Shown piece by piece: positions 1 through 8,859 of a stretch of 64,000 nucleotides of DNA. The position numbers and the translations under genes were made by a program. The number at the start of each line of letters is the position of its first letter. The stretch's first letter is position 1. This stretch comes from an uncultured Acidobacteriota bacterium (GTDB lineage: Bacteria > Acidobacteriota > Thermoanaerobaculia > Multivoradales > JAHEKO01): assembly GCA_963713825.1 (NCBI GenBank), contig CAVQNG010000003.1:1344001-1408000 (forward strand), given 5' to 3'. Below the pieces are notes generated by a model. That model made no database searches. It was not told where the DNA came from and saw only the letters and a program-made list of their open reading frames with translations.

Positions 1-1118
1 GCGATTACCACTATGGCTGCGAGCAAGAGGGTCGAGAGGATCCAGCGGATCCTGAGTCTGCCGGACCTCGGTGCGGGCTCGCCGACAGGGACTCCTGCTG
101 ATGGAGTGCCCATGGCGGCCGGATGAGTACCCGAGATGGCAGGATGCGAGCCTGAATAGGCCGGTACCGCTGCGGTGACGGAACCGCTGGTCAGTGTGGC
201 TTCCCTCGCCGTTTCGGGAGCCGCAACGACGGCGGAAGAGTGCCCCGATTCCATGTCGCGACGCAGGCGACGTAGGTCGGTGTGGAGCTCGAGTGCACTT
301 TGATAACGCAGCACCGCGTTCTTCTCCAGCGCCTTGTCCAGGACCTGCTGGAGCTCCCAAGGGGTTTCGATACCCAGATGGGAAGGCGGTGCGGGCGCCC
401 GATTCAGGATCTTGTCGAAGACGGCCGCCTGGGTGACACCGGAAAAGGACTGTTTGCCGGTGATCATCTCGTAGAGAACAGCTCCCAAGGAGAAGAGGTC
501 CGAGCGGGCATCCACTTCCTTACCGAGAGCCTGTTCCGGCGACATGTAGGCCACCGTTCCCATGGCCTTGCCCGATCCGGTCAGGTCGGCCGTTTGGGTT
601 GGCGCATCGGCGACGATGGTCTCCTCTTCACTCGCCGGGGTGACTTGCGGCGCCAACTTGGCCAGCCCGAAGTCGACGACCTTGGCTTGTCCGCCCATGG
701 AGAGGAAGATGTTGGAGGGCTTGATGTCGCGATGGGTGATGCCCTTGGCATGGGCCGCGGCCAGTGCCTCCGCGACCTGGATGCCGATCTCGATGACGAT
801 CTCGAGAGGCATCGGTTGGCCGCCGATGGCGAACTTGAGATTCTGGCCCTCGAGGTACTCCATGGCGATAAACGGCACGCCCTCGAACTCGTCGATTTCG
901 TGGATCGTGCAGATATGAGGATGGCTGAGCGCGGCGGCGGCGCGAGCCTCGAGCATGAACCGCTCGACGGCCTGTTCATCTTCAGCGACGGAGTCTGGGA
1001 GGAACTTGAGGGCTACAAATCGACCGAGCTTGGTGTCCTCGGCTTTGTACACCACGCCCATCCCGCCCCCTCCGAGCTTCTCGACGATTCGGTAATGCGA
1101 GACGGTCTTGCCGATCAT
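1..1118 (-). CDS. Hanks-type Ser/Thr protein kinase, membrane-anchored; 3' end runs off the window
   Basis: Absent from the ORF track (no stop in window). Minus-strand translation from ATG 1118 gives MIGKTVSHYRIVEKLGGGGMGVVYKAED, HRDIKPSNIF, DFGLAK, GTVAYMSPEQ, and a TM helix (WILSTLLLAAIVVI) at the window edge. Confidence 0.93.
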   Translation of the reverse strand, partial: MIGKTVSHYRIVEKLGGGGMGVVYKAEDTKLGRFVALKFLPDSVAEDEQAVERFMLEARAAAALSHPHICTIHEIDEFEGVPFIAMEYLEGQNLKFAIGGQPMPLEIVIEIGIQVAEALAAAHAKGITHRDIKPSNIFLSMGGQAKVVDFGLAKLAPQVTPASEEETIVADAPTQTADLTGSGKAMGTVAYMSPEQALGKEVDARSDLFSLGAVLYEMITGKQSFSGVTQAAVFDKILNRAPAPPSHLGIETPWELQQVLDKALEKNAVLRYQSALELHTDLRRLRRDMESGHSSAVVAAPETAREATLTSGSVTAAVPAYSGSHPAISGTHPAAMGTPSAGVPVGEPAPRSGRLRIRWILSTLLLAAIVVI

Positions 1119-1228
1119 GGCCAAGTCCCGCGGCAGAGTAATTTCTGCTGACAGGCTGACGCTATTGTACCTTTGGGTGCCCGGACCGCAAGCGACCCCG
1201 GAGCATTGCAGCGTGTAGGATCGTCAGA

Positions 1229-1921
1229 ATGGAAGACTTTGCCGTACCCATCGAGTTCGAGCTCGCCGGCTGGGCACTGTTCATGGCGGAGCTCGAGGTG
1301 GCTCACGAGGGGGCGAATCAGCTGTCGAGCCTACGTCAGGCAGTGACAGCGAAGGTCAGAGAGAACCGAACGTTGGAAACGCTCTCTACTGACCCCACGG
1401 TGGCGGGTCTTCGCCGGCTGTTTCGAGCCGCCGGCTGCGATCCGACTCGCTACAGGCCTTCCTCGGAGGCTTTGCTGCGTCGGCTCCTCAAGGGCTCCGA
1501 GATGCCGGAGATCCACCCGCTCGTGGACTTGAACAACTGCCTGTCAGCCAAGCTGGCGGTGCCGTGCTGCGTGATGGCTGAAGGGACCTTCGAGCCGCCG
1601 TTCGTTCTGCGTGCCGGCCGGCCGGGTGAAAGTTACGATTCTCTGCGTGGCCCGTTCAACCTGGAGGGCAAGCCCCTTCTGGTCGATGCCCAGGGCCCCT
1701 GTGATGCGCCCATCACCGGCAGCCAGCGTGTCAAGGTGACTGCCGAAACGGAGCGGGCCACCCTGGTGGCCTATCTGCCCGCCGAAGTGCTGACATGGGA
1801 AATGGTGCTGGCAAGTCTCGAGGACCTCCTTGCGGGCGGCCCGGTGGCTCACATCTACGCGGCCGGCGGGGCTGGGGCCCCGACAACACGGGCGTCTACC
1901 GCTCGCGACCAGGACCGCTAG
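1229..1921 (+). CDS. Stand-alone B3/B4 (PheRS beta editing-like) domain protein
   Basis: DPTRYRPSSEALLRR, IHPLVDLNN and LxDxxGP motifs typical of free-standing B3/4 proteins. Confidence 0.85.
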   Translation: MEDFAVPIEFELAGWALFMAELEVAHEGANQLSSLRQAVTAKVRENRTLETLSTDPTVAGLRRLFRAAGCDPTRYRPSSEALLRRLLKGSEMPEIHPLVDLNNCLSAKLAVPCCVMAEGTFEPPFVLRAGRPGESYDSLRGPFNLEGKPLLVDAQGPCDAPITGSQRVKVTAETERATLVAYLPAEVLTWEMVLASLEDLLAGGPVAHIYAAGGAGAPTTRASTARDQDR

Positions 1922-3297
1922 TCCTTCTTGATCAGTCCGCCGATCCCCTTCTTGATTCCTTTCTTCAAGCCAGACTTGGCGGCTTCCTCGAAGATCGTCG
2001 TATCCAAGGCGACATCGGGTTCTCCGAGGGTGCCACCGACGTCGAAGGACACGGTGAGCCATCCGTTCTCGTCGGTTAGCGCGTCGAGAACATCTGCCGT
2101 GAAACCGCCGATGCTCATCAAATCGCGGGGAGCAAAGACATCTAGCCGAAGAGAGATAGGTCCCTGCATATCGACCCAACCAGCAGATCCCAGCTTGAAC
2201 GCCTCCGAAACCAGTTCGAACGGCGAGATGTTGAGGCGACCATCGGCGACGTCGAGGGCAATCTCGGTACCCTGATAGGCCGCGCCGTTGATGAAGGCCG
2301 CTCCGAGGAGCTTCTCGACGATTGCCAGCCAGGGACTCGAGGGGATCTTCCCGGATTCGAGTCGGAGGGTGCCGTCGGCGACAAAGTCATTCATGTCGGG
2401 TCCTGCACCGGAACCCTGAAGGGAAAGACTGGCCGGGCCGAAGCCGTCGCTGGTTGCGTTCATCATGCTGTTGACGTCGACGCCACCCGCCACCTCTAGT
2501 GTGTAGGTGAATGGAGAAGCGGTGAAGTCGGCTTCGAAGCTCGGCAGGCTCAGCTGGGCATTGAGTGTGACAAGGCCCAGATCGCTCAGGGCGATCTTCG
2601 AGTCACCGATAGCGATGCCGCCTCGAGCATCGGTGGCAGTGACTCCCTCTGTCCGGATCTCGGCTGCTGTCAGGGAGCCACTGGCTTTGATCTGCTCGAG
2701 AGGTGAGCTTCCCGAAGGAGTCAGAACGATGTCGTTGAAGTCCACATCGAGATCGATGATCTCCAGCGAGGGTTGATCGGAGCCTTCCGTTCGCATCGCC
2801 AGCCTGCCATCCACGATGCGAAGAGACTGGATATCGACGACAAGACCGCCACTGTCGACTTCGTCGACCGCGCCTGAGCTCGTAGCCTCGTCTTCGCCTT
2901 TCCCTCCTCCACCTCCCGAGGGCTTCGCCCCGCTCTCGCCTTGGGGCTGTGCAGGCGCAGTGACCAACTCGATCTGCGGCGACTCCAGAACGATCTGATG
3001 CACCTCGAAACGACCCTGCAGCAGCGGCAGTATCTCGTGCTCCAACAAGAGGCGATCGAGCTCGAGATTGACGGTCCCTGACTCCTCGGTCAAGGTGGCT
3101 CGGGCTGACTGCAACTCGAGCCCCTTGAAGGGAGATAGAGCAAAGCTCTCGGCGGTGATATCGACGCCTTCGTTCTGGTTGAGACGGTGGATCACAGCTG
3201 CCCCGAGAGTCTCGGGGTCGAATCGCCATAGCAAGAACGCGATGCCGAGGATGACGATGAGAACGATGATTCCGAGGATCTTCAAGAGTGTCTTCAT
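1918..3297 (-). CDS. AsmA-family protein
   Basis: N-terminal TM anchor MKTLLKILGIIVLIVILG, beta-rich body, C-terminal V-G-G-T-L-x-x-P-x-V element. Confidence 0.75.
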   Translation of the reverse strand: MKTLLKILGIIVLIVILGIAFLLWRFDPETLGAAVIHRLNQNEGVDITAESFALSPFKGLELQSARATLTEESGTVNLELDRLLLEHEILPLLQGRFEVHQIVLESPQIELVTAPAQPQGESGAKPSGGGGGKGEDEATSSGAVDEVDSGGLVVDIQSLRIVDGRLAMRTEGSDQPSLEIIDLDVDFNDIVLTPSGSSPLEQIKASGSLTAAEIRTEGVTATDARGGIAIGDSKIALSDLGLVTLNAQLSLPSFEADFTASPFTYTLEVAGGVDVNSMMNATSDGFGPASLSLQGSGAGPDMNDFVADGTLRLESGKIPSSPWLAIVEKLLGAAFINGAAYQGTEIALDVADGRLNISPFELVSEAFKLGSAGWVDMQGPISLRLDVFAPRDLMSIGGFTADVLDALTDENGWLTVSFDVGGTLGEPDVALDTTIFEEAAKSGLKKGIKKGIGGLIKKD

Positions 3298-3337
3298 GGC
3301 GGAAGCTCCCTCCCGTGTTGGCTCGATAGGTCCAGGC

Positions 3338-4471
3338 TCAATGCTGACTCGCCTGAAATCGTTTCATGAAAGCGCGGTCGATGCGATCTTTGAGCCGCAT
3401 CACCCACCTGCCCTCGAAAGACCGACCCCATTTGGCTCCCAGGGCAGACCCGTCGCCGAGGTTGAGTAGGGTCAGGAAATCGGTCTGCGGCCGATAGTTC
3501 TCCAGTGTCCTGCCCGCCGCCATGGCTCGCAGGTTGTCCGTTAGAACGGGTCCCTGTCGGACGGCGTAGACGCCCGCTTTCGGAGTCTGAGGAAAGTCGA
3601 TCAGATGGGCGCAATCACCGACTGCAAACAGAGAACTCTCTCCTTCGACCTGGAGGGTCGAGCCGATGCGAGCGAAGCCCCTCGGATCGATAGGGAGACC
3701 GGAGTCTCGAAACAGGGGATGGCTGGCAGCGCCGACGACCCAGACCAGGGCGTCGAAGGGAAGCGGATCTCCAGTCTCGAATCGAACCGTGCCTGCATCG
3801 GCACCGACGACTCTCCGATTGGGCTGGATCTGGATGCCTCGCGCCACTGCGTGACGGTGGATCCGGCGCGCCAATCCCGCTGGGTATCCGTCCATCAAGC
3901 GCCCCCCAGAATGGACCAGTTGAACCGCCGCCGGCCGGTCGTTCTCCGCAGAGAGCCTGGCCTGGAGGGTGAAAGCCAATTCGACCCCGCCCGCCCCTCC
4001 TCCGACGACGACGACCCGAAAGGTGGAACGGTTCGTGTCGCCCTGAAGCTCAGTGATCAACTCGTCAACGCGTCGAACCAGCTCGGCTATGGGCCGGGTC
4101 GGAAGAGCGAACTCCCGAACACCAGGCAGGTCCAGACCGGCTACCGTGGAGCCGATGTTGGCCGAAGCGAGATCGAACGAGATCGGGGGGTGATCCGCCA
4201 CGACGATCTGTCGATTCTCTGGATCGATCTTCAAAGCGCGGGCCACGACGACCTGTGCTCCGGCTCGTTCGGCGAGTGCTGGGATGTCAATCTCGAGATC
4301 GGCGAGCTCGTATTGGCCAGCCACGAATCCGGGCACCATGCCGGAGTAGATGGCAATCGGAGAGTCCACCACCACAGTGACTTGGAAACCCGGGATCGGC
4401 TCGTCAGCCAGGCTCTCCAGCACCTGGACGTGCGAGTGCCCGCCACCAATCAAGACCAGATCACGTGCCAT
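3338..4471 (-). CDS. FAD-dependent pyridine nucleotide-disulfide oxidoreductase (SelD N-terminal-domain-like)
   Basis: LVLIGGGHSH, YSGMVPG, VVGGGAGGVE, FAVGDCA, KAGVYAVRQGP, KDRIDRAFM. Confidence 0.88.
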   Translation of the reverse strand: MARDLVLIGGGHSHVQVLESLADEPIPGFQVTVVVDSPIAIYSGMVPGFVAGQYELADLEIDIPALAERAGAQVVVARALKIDPENRQIVVADHPPISFDLASANIGSTVAGLDLPGVREFALPTRPIAELVRRVDELITELQGDTNRSTFRVVVVGGGAGGVELAFTLQARLSAENDRPAAVQLVHSGGRLMDGYPAGLARRIHRHAVARGIQIQPNRRVVGADAGTVRFETGDPLPFDALVWVVGAASHPLFRDSGLPIDPRGFARIGSTLQVEGESSLFAVGDCAHLIDFPQTPKAGVYAVRQGPVLTDNLRAMAAGRTLENYRPQTDFLTLLNLGDGSALGAKWGRSFEGRWVMRLKDRIDRAFMKRFQASQH

Positions 4472-4501
4472 GGTCCAAGGATATCCCCTCTCCCACCCTG
4501 A

Positions 4502-4623
4502 GGGTTGAGGCGGTCGCGTCCTATCTCGCGACCGATCTTTGAGGGCTTGAGGGTTGAGCCAGCTGTCGTGCCTCCAGCTGGCCTTTGAGGGCTCGGGTCC
4601 TGGGTCATGAACAGATGACTGCG
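4502..4623 (-). repeat. Mosaic repeat locus 1: two hairpin units plus the GTCCTGGGTC flank
   Basis: Perfect 8-bp stems cggtcgcg/cgcgaccg (4511-4534) and gccagctg/cagctggc (4558-4582), each flanked on the minus strand by AGCCCTCAAAG and TCAACCC. Confidence 0.8.
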
Positions 4624-4707
4624 TGGTAACGCCGGACCCTGGACATCCGTCGTCCCGCTTGCCATAGCGGCCTTGAGCCGTTGTTCCCCCCTAGGCCCTA
4701 GGGGCCC

Positions 4708-6417
4708 CTAGAGGCGTGACGAGGTGAGCTTCAGATCGGCATGCTGCCAGGCTTTGGCATAGAGCTGCGCTACTTCTTTGGCTTGCAGATTCTTGCCTTG
4801 TGCTTCGAGGCTCTGCTGCAGACCGATCAGGGCCCAGCCATTGTCAGGGTAGATCTCCAGATCCTCACGATAGACGCGCTCGGCCTCGGCTGGCCGGTTG
4901 GCCTGGAGCAGCACTGCACCCAGGTTGAGCCTCACAGGGGCGTGCCATGTCGGCGGCTCGTCATAGTTCAGCTTGCTCTCGAGCTCGACGCCTGCTTCCA
5001 AGTGTCTGATTCCAATCTCGAGGTCTCCCCTCGCTGTCGCCAACTCTCCCACCACCACCTCCTTGGCAATGGCCAGCAAGCTGGCCGCATCGTTCAGGTC
5101 CCACACGGTGATCGAGGCCAACGAAGGGTCCGCCAAGACCTTGGTGAGGCTTGCCAGTTCCCGAGCTGCGGCGTCGAGGTCTTGGGTGCGAATCAGTGCC
5201 ATTGCCCGGGCGTAGTGCCAGACTCCAATCGGGTAAATGAGATCCGGGTCGGGTGATGAAACTTGCAGGATCTCCTGCCACCGGCCGAAGCGAACCATGG
5301 CATACAGCGGCGTGATCCAGTAGTGCTGCACTGTCGAGTACCCAGGTTGGCGCATCTTGTCGGCATCCTGGCGCGAGGCCATTTCGCGCGCTGTTTCGAT
5401 GGCCAGTTGGCTGCGTCCCTCCAGGGAGGCGGCCGCCCACAGGAAGTGATGGTTGTGGGGCATGTACATGACGGGGTACATCCCCTGCCTCCGGCAAGCG
5501 GTGACGTACTCGTCGTCGGCTTCGATGGCCGCCAGATTGGCCTCGGAGGCGTCGTGATAGCGACCGACACGCAGGTAGATGTGCGAGGGCATATGAACCA
5601 GGTGACCGGCACCGGGAACCACCGCTCCCAGGCGGTCGGCGGCTTCGATTCCCCGCTCGGGGTACCAGACTTCGACAGCGTGGATCAGAAAGTGATTCGC
5701 GCCGGGATGGTTGGGAACCTCTTCGAGGACGGCATCCAGGGTGGCCAGGATCTCGACAGTCTCCGGCTTGGGATCGCCGTTCTCCAGCCAGTAATCCCAC
5801 GGGGTGGTGTCCATGAGGGCTTCCGCGTGCAGGGTAGCGGCATCGGTATCTGCAGGGAATCGTCGGGCGACATCACCCATGGCCTCGGCGTAGGCCCAAT
5901 CGAGATGAGAACGGTCCTCGGGAGCGTCGGCCGTGTAGCGCTTGCTGAGCGCCTCGATGAAAGCCTGCTCCTTCGGGCTGGCCCGATCCTTGTGCTCGAG
6001 AGCCTTTTGCAGGGCGTTCCAGGCCTCCGGTAGGTCACTGGCATCCATCATCGAGTTGATGTTGGGTCCCAGCACGTAGGAGAGACCCCAGTAGCAGGAG
6101 GCGCAATCGGGATCCAGCCGAATGGCTTCGCGGAACGAGCGCGCCGCTTCAGCGTGGTTGAAGCCATAGGCCAGCACCAAGCCCTGGTCGAAGAACCGCT
6201 GGACCATCGGGTTGTCGGTGGTGATCGGGTGATGGTGCTCACCCATTCCTTCCAGTAGTGGCGCCACCCGCTGCGAGTCATCGGCCGCCAGGAGCGCGAG
6301 TTGGCCTACGAGCAGGAGCACGAGAGCTGCGGTTGCCACCAAGAGTGGTCGCGCCGAAATACCGAGCGAGTTGCTCTCGGGAAGCGAAAACCCGGTTGGG
6401 ATTCTTCGATTCTGCAT
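4708..6417 (-). CDS. Secreted TPR-repeat protein
   Basis: FFDQGLVLAYGFNHAEA, HPGANHFLIH, GHLVHMPSHIY, YPDNGWAL. Start set at ATG 6417 (AGGAG RBS) rather than ORF-track 6534. Confidence 0.85.
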   Translation of the reverse strand: MQNRRIPTGFSLPESNSLGISARPLLVATAALVLLLVGQLALLAADDSQRVAPLLEGMGEHHHPITTDNPMVQRFFDQGLVLAYGFNHAEAARSFREAIRLDPDCASCYWGLSYVLGPNINSMMDASDLPEAWNALQKALEHKDRASPKEQAFIEALSKRYTADAPEDRSHLDWAYAEAMGDVARRFPADTDAATLHAEALMDTTPWDYWLENGDPKPETVEILATLDAVLEEVPNHPGANHFLIHAVEVWYPERGIEAADRLGAVVPGAGHLVHMPSHIYLRVGRYHDASEANLAAIEADDEYVTACRRQGMYPVMYMPHNHHFLWAAASLEGRSQLAIETAREMASRQDADKMRQPGYSTVQHYWITPLYAMVRFGRWQEILQVSSPDPDLIYPIGVWHYARAMALIRTQDLDAAARELASLTKVLADPSLASITVWDLNDAASLLAIAKEVVVGELATARGDLEIGIRHLEAGVELESKLNYDEPPTWHAPVRLNLGAVLLQANRPAEAERVYREDLEIYPDNGWALIGLQQSLEAQGKNLQAKEVAQLYAKAWQHADLKLTSSRL

Positions 6418-6814
6418 GGGTCGATCTCCTCCTTCGCCCCGCTGGCGCAACGCCGTCGGACTGGGTCCGACCGATTCGTCCGTGCCTCGACGAGGCCGGT
6501 CTTCCTTGCTCCTGGCAGGGACTGATTGCCCCAAGCGTATCGCGATTCAGGAGACGGTGTCAGGCGGAAGTCAGTGCCGCTGCTCGTGGTATCACGGTCT
6601 GTTGATTCGACCCACCCTCCTGGGCAGGAGTGATGCCCGCCTGCAAGGGTGTTGGGGCACTCGAGCGCTCCTGCTACAAACCATGGTGAAGGGGTGTCGG
6701 ATCCCCCTTCGGACTCGGACCGAAGTTCGGGGCCTGGGTTGGTCTGTCATCTTGGCCTCGCCGTCAGTGATCCGCAACTATCCATCCTCGAAGACCACCG
6801 TAGGAGGATCGAGA

Positions 6815-7948
6815 ATGAGCGTCATGGACAAGAAAGCCGATCTGGCTGGCCCTGGAATCAGCACCTATGAAGAAGTGGAGAAGATTCTCCCGAATGACTA
6901 CGAGTCGTTGCTCACCCCCATGGAGACCATGGAGGCGGTCTACGCCGTCAAGCGGTACATCGAAGACAACCTGTGCAAAGAGCTCAACCTGACGATGGTG
7001 CAGGTACCGCTCATCGTCGATATCGAGAGCGGCGTCAACGACATGCTCGACCGGGACGGCTCGAGGACCCCGGTGGAGTTTCCGTGCGGTCTGGGACTGG
7101 AGAAGCCGATCACGGCTCAAGTCGTACAAGCGGCAACGAAATGGAAGCGGGTGGCCCTGAAGCAGTTCGGCTGCCAGGTCGGTGAGGGCATCAACACCGA
7201 CATGCACGCCGTGCGCAAGGACTACTTTCTGGATCATGACCACAGCGCCTACGTCGATCAGTGGGATTGGGAGCGTGTCATCTCGAGGGACCAGCGCAAT
7301 CTGGACTTTCTCACCGAGGTCGTGGCGAAGATCTGGAAGGTCCTCAAAGGCGCGGAGCTTCACGCCCAGGATCTCTTTCCGCAGCTCGTGGATGACAAGT
7401 ATCCGAGCCTGCCCGACGAGCTCACCTTCCTCCACGCCGAAGAGATTCTCGAGATGTACCCCGACCTGCCTCGCAAGGCGCGTGAGACGCGGATACTGCA
7501 GGACTATCCTGCGGTCTTCATCTACGGCATCGGCTGGCCGCTGGCGGATGGATACCCGCATGAAATGCGGGCTGCGGACTATGACGACTGGGTGACCGAG
7601 ACGACCTCGAAGAAGGGTGTCCCCATGCATGGTCTCAACGGCGACATTCTGGTTTGGAATCCCGTGACCCGCCGCCGGCACGAACTGACTTCCATGGGCA
7701 TTCGGGTCGATGCCGAGACCTTGAAGACGCAGCTGGAGATGAGCGACCTGCTCCACTACATGGAGTTTCCTTATCACCAGGCGATTCTCAAGGACGAGAT
7801 TCCTCTGTCCATCGGAGGCGGAATCGGTCAGTCCCGCACCTACATGCTCTTGCTCAAGAAGGCACACCTGGGCGAGGTGAGTGTCACCGTCTGGCCTCAG
7901 GAGCTCAAGGACATCTGCGCCAAGAAGAACATCTTCGTCCTCGAATGA
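6815..7948 (+). CDS. asnA: Aspartate-ammonia ligase (asparagine synthetase A)
   Basis: QAATKWKR, HSAYVDQWDWE, RAADYDDW, LNGDILVWN, ELTSMGIRV, SIGGGIGQSR, HLGEV. ATG 6815 follows an AGGAGG RBS. Confidence 0.95.
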   Translation: MSVMDKKADLAGPGISTYEEVEKILPNDYESLLTPMETMEAVYAVKRYIEDNLCKELNLTMVQVPLIVDIESGVNDMLDRDGSRTPVEFPCGLGLEKPITAQVVQAATKWKRVALKQFGCQVGEGINTDMHAVRKDYFLDHDHSAYVDQWDWERVISRDQRNLDFLTEVVAKIWKVLKGAELHAQDLFPQLVDDKYPSLPDELTFLHAEEILEMYPDLPRKARETRILQDYPAVFIYGIGWPLADGYPHEMRAADYDDWVTETTSKKGVPMHGLNGDILVWNPVTRRRHELTSMGIRVDAETLKTQLEMSDLLHYMEFPYHQAILKDEIPLSIGGGIGQSRTYMLLLKKAHLGEVSVTVWPQELKDICAKKNIFVLE

Positions 7949-7963
7949 GGATTGATAATCGTG

Positions 7964-7991
7964 GGGGCTTAGGGGCTTAGGGGCTTGGGGG
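7964..7991. repeat. Octamer tandem repeat (GGGGCTTR)x3.5
   Basis: ggggctta ggggctta ggggcttg gggg, at the junction of two convergent genes. Confidence 0.7.
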
Positions 7992-8823
7992 TGAGAGCTT
8001 CGGCAACGAGCCCCATGACCTCTGGCTCGGTGAGCAACCCCAGATGTCCGACGCCATTCAGGGTGACCTGTCGCGAGCCCTTCAGGTAGCAGGTTGCCAC
8101 CGGGTAGACGATCAGGTCCTGCTCGGTCGCTACGGTGGTGACCTCCGCACTGGGAGCGGAAGTCTGGAAGTCAGGGAGCTCCTTGATGAAGTCCGAATCG
8201 AGGCTCATCATCTCGTAGACGGGCCCAAAACGAATCCAGCTCAGCAGTCCGGTGCCGTGATGAGGCGACCCCAGGGTGACGATGCGGCCCACGTCGTCTG
8301 CTAGTGCCGGGTCGTCTGCTAGCACTTTCCTGGTGATCAGGCCGCCCATGGAGTGCGCGACGACATCGATCCCCTTACCTTTGAACTGCAGCTGTAGATC
8401 CCTCATGGCTCGGGTCAGGGACTTGGCGTAAACCCCGGCGCTGCGGTACGGCTCACCCAGAAACACCGAGCGAGTTGGTCGACCCCGGGCTTCCAGGTAG
8501 CGACGGATGCCCCACATGCAGCTGCCCGTCATGTGGAACCCATGGACGCAGAGCACCGGGGGCCCCGTTGTCTTGCCAGCCGGGGGCCGCAGACCGTTCT
8601 GGAACGGGTGCAGGAACAGCCACCAGAGGAGCACGACCGAGGCTCTCATGGTACGGAGGTAGAACCGTGGCCAGCCTTGTCCGTCCAGGGGAGGCGGCTC
8701 TTCACCGATTCGGTGGTAGAAGTGCGTCCACCGGAGGTGCGTGAAGGTAGTCCAGGAGAGGATCCAGCCCAGGACCGCCAGAGCAGCTAGGGGAGGGACC
8801 AGAAGTAGTAGGAGGGGGTTCAT
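7969..8823 (-). CDS. Alpha/beta-hydrolase (lipase/esterase), membrane-anchored
   Basis: PVLCVHG, VAHSMGGL nucleophile elbow, TLGSPHHGT, DLIV, GHLGLL. Start could also be TTG 8829. Confidence 0.88.
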   Translation of the reverse strand: MNPLLLLLVPPLAALAVLGWILSWTTFTHLRWTHFYHRIGEEPPPLDGQGWPRFYLRTMRASVVLLWWLFLHPFQNGLRPPAGKTTGPPVLCVHGFHMTGSCMWGIRRYLEARGRPTRSVFLGEPYRSAGVYAKSLTRAMRDLQLQFKGKGIDVVAHSMGGLITRKVLADDPALADDVGRIVTLGSPHHGTGLLSWIRFGPVYEMMSLDSDFIKELPDFQTSAPSAEVTTVATEQDLIVYPVATCYLKGSRQVTLNGVGHLGLLTEPEVMGLVAEALTPKPLSP

Positions 8824-8859
8824 CGTCAAGGACTGATTCTATGAGAGTCGAGATCCAGC

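Noticed and set aside
282-1151. Long ORF-track ORFs antisense to real genes (282-1151, 39815-41203, 46942-48411, 33497-34792 and others)
   Set aside because: Shadow ORFs typical of high-GC DNA; the opposite strand carries the recognisable motifs.
6371-6814. N-terminal extensions in the ORF track (asnA from 6371, ABC ATPase from 15061, asnB from 60918)
   Set aside because: Internal starts have an RBS or a family-typical N-terminus; AsnB needs Cys2.
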